From: Eledone cirrhosa
Lineage: Eukaryota
NCBI GenBank assembly: GCA_964016885.1
Contig: OZ024741.1
Coordinates: forward strand, 103,478,001-103,542,000
Length of the DNA stretch: 64,000 nt
Reading direction: 5' to 3'
Below, piece by piece: positions 58,505-64,000 of the stretch; positions within the stretch are counted from its first letter, which is position 1, and the number at the start of each line of letters is the position of its first letter. The translations under genes were made by a program, and so were the position numbers. The notes below the pieces were generated by a model. That model saw nothing but the letters and a program-made list of their open reading frames with translations. It was not told the origin of the DNA and searched no databases.

Positions 58505-59382
58505 TGTGTGTATGGACCTTAAATTATCGAAACCACGAGGATGTCCAACAGTTCCAAACACAGTCTGTAACTAGCTGTTGAAATGGCAAGATCTCAGCAC
58601 TCGGGTCCTGACTCTTTATAATATATATATGTGTGTGTGTGTGTGTGTAAAGGATCATGTGGTCATGCGCGGAGATGCTATAAAATTGGGTGAAGACCCT
58701 TAAAAGACGGAAAAAAACTGTTGCCATCGGCCGCTTTGAGGAAACGAAACCTATATCGTTCTGATACATGATATATGTGGCTGTGTGTGTGTGTGTGGAG
58801 GAGGAGGAGGTCTAGCAAAATGAGCTCACAAAAGTAAATATAACACAGACAGTAGGAAAACAATGCTCGCACCAACAGTAGGTTACGTAACAACATGGAT
58901 TCGATGTATGCAGTGGGACCAGGGCTCACAGCTGCTTCAGCAGTTTATATGATTCTAGCTACTAGCGAATAAACAAAACGAGAAAAAATATACAAAATAA
59001 ATCTTTCGACAAATGAGACAATACAATGTGAAGAAAAACAAGACACCTCCAGAAATTATCTATAAAAAAACAGAAGGCCGCTGTAAAGAAAAGCAAAGCA
59101 ATGTGGACAAAACAAATAGATTCTTTCGAATGTAAATAAAACGGCAGGTTTGTGTGAGTGGGAAAACGCCGAGAGAAGTAAAATATATAGGGCCTTTTCG
59201 ACCAGATAATAAAAATAAAATGAGGAGGGAATTAGAGGTTTTCACAATATTAAAAATTAATGTTAAAGTCTGAAGAAGAATATCAATTCAGAAGATATGT
59301 GTATGTGTACACGTGGATGCAAATGTATGTATAAATGTACATGTATGTATATATATATATACGTATGAATATATATATGTAT

Positions 59383-59432
<50 letters not shown>

Positions 59433-59440
59433 AAGTATGC

Positions 59441-59573
<133 letters not shown>

Positions 59574-59689
59574 CTTCTGGTTTTATAATTTCACAAATTT
59601 TTTTCCCAATAGAGAGAGAGTCGGTTTCTAACATATACACAAGACTCTCTTATTGGAATTTACACAACATCAACTAGGTAGATGTGTAT

Positions 59690-60330
59690 GTATGGATGTT
59701 ATTGTATGTGTGGATGTGGATGTTTTGAGTTGTATGTATGCATGTGTATATGCAGTTATTAGATGCAACATTTTTGGAATGTTTTACATATTTATACTGT
59801 TCCATATTTTTACTGGATTGTACTTGTAATTTCCTAACTAGTTGTGTTCTTTCTGTTCCTGTGAAGCATAGCTTTTCAAGATTTGTATTGGGGCAGTTAC
59901 TAACATATCCCAGTGCTCCAATAATCACAGGCATAAATCTGAAGGTGTAATCAGGGTGGAGTATCTGCAGATTTCTCATCAGTCCTGCATAAATATTCTC
60001 CTTTTCGCTAATCTTTGATATTATATTATGTTGGTATCTGCTGGGCAGCTAATTTCCGCTACTGTGCATGCTTTCTTCTCCCTGTTCCATATCATAATAT
60101 CTGGTCTGTTATGGCTGCATTTTATTGGGGTTTTTACTGGAACATTCCATCAGTACGCTTTCATATTATGTACATGGATGTCTTCCACATTGCTGTAGCT
60201 TTTAATGTGTTTATTATCGGGCTATCTTTTCTACGGATTGCATTGTATAGTGTTTTGGCCACTACATCATGCCTCATAGGTAGATAATACCGCGATGACA
60301 TCTTTGAACAGCTGCTGATGACATGGGTGA
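59690..60330 (-). mobile_element. R4/Dong-like non-LTR element 3' fragment (restriction-like endonuclease region)
   Basis: YLPMRHDVVAKTLYNAI, a PDI-type motif and ENIYAGLMRNLQILHPDYTFRFMPVIIGALG, interrupted by frameshifts. Ends in (CA/TA)-rich sequence. Confidence 0.7.
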
Positions 60331-61389
60331 TATGTATGCATGTTTGTATGCATGTGTGTCAGGTCGCTCTCGAGTGCTACTGGTAACATGTAACCCAGTA
60401 CAACCTGCCGCTTGGTCGGGTCCTCGGCGACTAAACCGGCAATCCCACCAAGCTTCCTTGGTGAGGAGGGTGATATTTGGACACCCTGCGGGATGAAATA
60501 CAAGACCCGGTGAAGGGCGGAGGAACTCAGCAGAGTCAACGGCCATCGAAATGGTACTTTTTTTCACCTGGGAGTGAAAGGCCCCAGTTGTTGTCACAGA
60601 GGGAAACTCTAAAAAAAAAACCTGCGGCTTCGGAAGCATCCGATGATGTTGATCAGTTCTCCTTTTCGGGTAGTGTTTTCGATGCTCAGAGAGTGGGATG
60701 GGTCGAGTGCAAGGCCTTTCCCCACTTAAAAAAGTTGCTTGTTCAGGTTACGTTACAAGTTCGTGTGGCTGGCAGTAGCCAAAAAGTGCACCAGTTTCTG
60801 TAATCTGACAAGCGATTGCAATACTCTTAGCAGAGTTTGCAGCCATCATGTATATGTGCACGATAAAGTTATATCTGTATTCATACGGAAGTGGGGTAAC
60901 GAAGGCTGCATCAACGTGTATATAAATATACATATTTTTAATATGTAGTCATGTAAATATGTCAGAAAATACGAATTTCCCTGTAAATTGAAAAAATGAT
61001 AAATACCTTTCATCATTTATTTTTTTTCAATTTATAAGGAAATTCGTATTTTCTGACATGTTTACATGCCTACATATTAAAAATGTGTATATTTATATTA
61101 TACACGTTGGTGCAATCTCGGTTAACTACCCTACAGTCTTGGGTCATGCAATGACCGAGAGCGAGCATTTGACAACTGGAATGTCATCAAGAGCTCAAAT
61201 CCCTCTACTAGTCGCACACTGCAATCAGTGTAAAATCGTTCTATTCGCTGTAACCGAGATATATATATATAGAGTGAGAGAGAGAGAGAGGCGGGGGAGG
61301 GGGGGGGGGGGGGGGGAGACGTTGAAGCTACATCACAATGTTTGTCCAATTAATAAAACACTGCACGAAACGCTAGTCTTTATCAAATG

Positions 61390-61425
<36 letters not shown>

Positions 61426-61437
61426 TATATATATATA

Positions 61438-61489
<52 letters not shown>

Positions 61490-61677
61490 CAAATTGGATA
61501 AGTACCCAGCAATTGTCGTCCAATGTTTTGTTTGTCAAGGTTGTTTCTTTAAGAAATAACAAGAGAGAAAAGGTAAATAGGAAGGAAGGAAGGAAGGAAG
61601 GAAGGAAGGAAGGAAGGAAGGAAGGAAGGGAGAAGATGATGATGATAATAATAATAATAGTAATGTAATAATAATAA

Positions 61678-61913
61678 TTGTTTCTACTTTTGGCACAAGG
61701 CCAGCAATTACCCAGTGTATTTAATAATTGTTTCTACTTTAGGCACAAGGCCAGCAATTACCCAGTGCATTACTGGTACTTTATTTTATCGACCCCGTAA
61801 GGATGAAAGGCAAAGTCAACCTCGGCGGGATTTGAACTCAGATCGTAAAGGGACGTAACTATGCTGGAAAGCATGGCGTCCGACCCTCTACCGATACTGC
61901 CAATCCACCGCCC
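61678..61913 (-). mobile_element. SINE family A with duplicated tail
   Basis: Same consensus as above. The 3' tail segment is present twice. Confidence 0.88.
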
Positions 61914-64000
61914 TGTGAATTTAATAATGAGGAGTAAATTGGAATAAATAAAGGAATGCCAGTGATCCAGATCACATTTCAGCAGACATTGGATGTTTTG
62001 TATCGCTTATCAGCCATGACACTTTCTTGGTGATGGTGGTGGTGGTGGTGGTGGTGGTAGTGGTCGTGGTGGTCGTCGTCGTGATAATGATGGTGGCGGA
62101 GATGGTGGTGGTGGTGACACCAGTACATTACCTTGTAAAGTGTAACGAGTTTGGGGTTGATGTTCGGACACCGGCGCAACCCAGAAGGGGAAGCCTCTAT
62201 ATAGTAACTCCCCCACCACTTCTTTTCGTGTTCTTGTTACTGTCTTAATGAGGGAAGGGGGAAGAGCTGCGCTTGTGATCTCTTTCAGGAAGGTATTTTC
62301 AAACTGAAAACTTTGTCCGAGTGCTTACAGCAAAGTGGACACCCCACTCAAAGCACCCGAGGGTCGGGTAGAAGAAACGGAACTACTCCAATACAACCAA
62401 GAGTGGGAACCTCTACGGGAGTACCCGGGCTAGGACGGAGGAAAATGCAGTGCCATTCATTGTCCACGTTCGAAGATTCTCGAGACTGGTGAGAAGAGAG
62501 GCAGGGGTAGAAGAAATAAGTGTGTTTGGCATAGTCAAGGTGAATGGAACATGTAGTGCCGGAATATAGTAACTGGGTGGGCTTGAGTTAGAGAACATTT
62601 GAACACTTCCCCCCTCCCCCACCGACCATCAACCCCCGCTTGCAAGAATCTTAATGGAAAATTAAATATACATGAATGTCAGCCTACACATAAGATAATT
62701 TGGAGATTCCAACATCTGTCCATGTCGACCTCTAAAAAGAAAATGTAATGCGTATAATGAAAATTGTGATTTTCTAAATTTTGATAAAAATGTTGTTTCT
62801 TGGCTATATTCCAATACTTGTTTTTAAACATATTTTTAACGAAACGAGGTGCGGGTTGAACTATAAGGTCCTGGAATGTAGCCTTCTACCTTATCCTATT
62901 TGTATATCCGGTACTGTCGCTCGGCTATTTTCTTTTTCTTTTTCTTTTTTTTAGTGACTGCGGAGTTAAGGCATTACCTATGACCCTTTTCAACTTTCCG
63001 ATCCACCACCACCCCACCCACCCCTTGAATGATGGGTAAAGAAGGGAGGGAGGGAGATAAGAAGGTATCTTCAAAACGGAGAACTGGTCCGAATGGTTGC
63101 AACCGTGTGAACACTCCACTAAAGGCGTCCAAGGTGCCAAGTGGTGGTTTTCCAGCAGGCCACAGATTAAGTCTAACACCTAAGTAGAATTTGAACTCAG
63201 AACGTAAAGAGCCAGAACAAATACCGTAAAGCATCTGGTCCAACGCTCTAATAATCTTATTCCATTGCCAAGGATTCGAACTTTATTTAATCGACCCCCG
63301 CCTCCGAAAGGATAAAAATCAAAGTTGACATCGGCGGGATTTGAACCCACAACGTAGAGAACCAGACCAAATACAGCAACGCGCTCATAACGTTTATCTC
63401 CCATTGTGTATGTGTGTGCTTGTGCATATGTGTGTGTGAATTGGTGTGCGTATGTGTGGGTGTGCGTGTGTGCGTGTGGGTGTGTGTGTATGCGTGTGTG
63501 TGTGCGCGCGCACATGTGTCAGGTATTTATTTCACTGACTAAAGAGCGATTCGTTTTCACTGCAGCAAAAGTTCTAGAATCAAACTTTATATATATATTT
63601 TTTTTTTTCGTCTATAGTAAGATTTTTTTTGTTTTGTTTTGTTTTTGTTTTTTTAGTTGTGGGGGAGGGTTTATTCATTTACGTTGCGCTTTAAACACTG
63701 GTATAATTTAAGGAAGGTCTTCTTAATTATTTTACATTACATTATATCTTCCATGAATCTTACAAAATATTACGTAGATACGTTCTCCAGAACCACCTCC
63801 CTACTTACCGCGAACGGCACGGAGTTGGACACCCACAAGAATAATTCCTCTGCATTTCAGAAGTTCTACTTCGTTATCCAATCTGGATAACGCATTCGTA
63901 ATTTGTATGTCCGGACCATGAGACAACACCCTCCCAAAATTTTACAAAGGATAAGAGTAAATTTAAATTGTGCTTTTATTGAGAATCATTAACACGAAGA

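Noticed and set aside
58524-58769. ORF containing CVWNCW as a possible Wnt exon 2 (RWNC)
   Set aside because: Lacks the ECQxQF context and other Wnt cysteines, and is interrupted by microsatellite.

Overview
Eukaryotic, very microsatellite-rich genomic DNA. The repeat landscape suggests a cephalopod (Octopus-like) genome; this is inference. The only host gene I can support is a Wnt ligand of the Wnt2 subfamily on the minus strand. Three coding exons (35899-35622, 30867-30603, 21437-21217) have GT-AG boundaries and compatible phases; the upstream exons were not found in the window. The rest is repeats: many tRNA-derived SINE copies, a decayed mariner transposase, RTE and R4/Dong LINE fragments, hAT, piggyBac, Tc1 and Tigger-like MITEs, a 2.65-kb 26-bp minisatellite and a 9-kb 30/31-bp G-rich satellite. 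The most striking signal is a dense set of Penelope-like element (PLE) remnants in or beside (TA)n tracts. It includes a ~2.7-kb near-perfect palindrome of two GIY-YIG PLE 3' ends inside a Wnt intron. It also includes about six sequence-distinct families of hammerhead-ribozyme motifs, some with a complete core and helices and one pair showing covariation, plus recurrent fold-back palindromes. Nearly all long ORFs in the supplied track are repeat artefacts.
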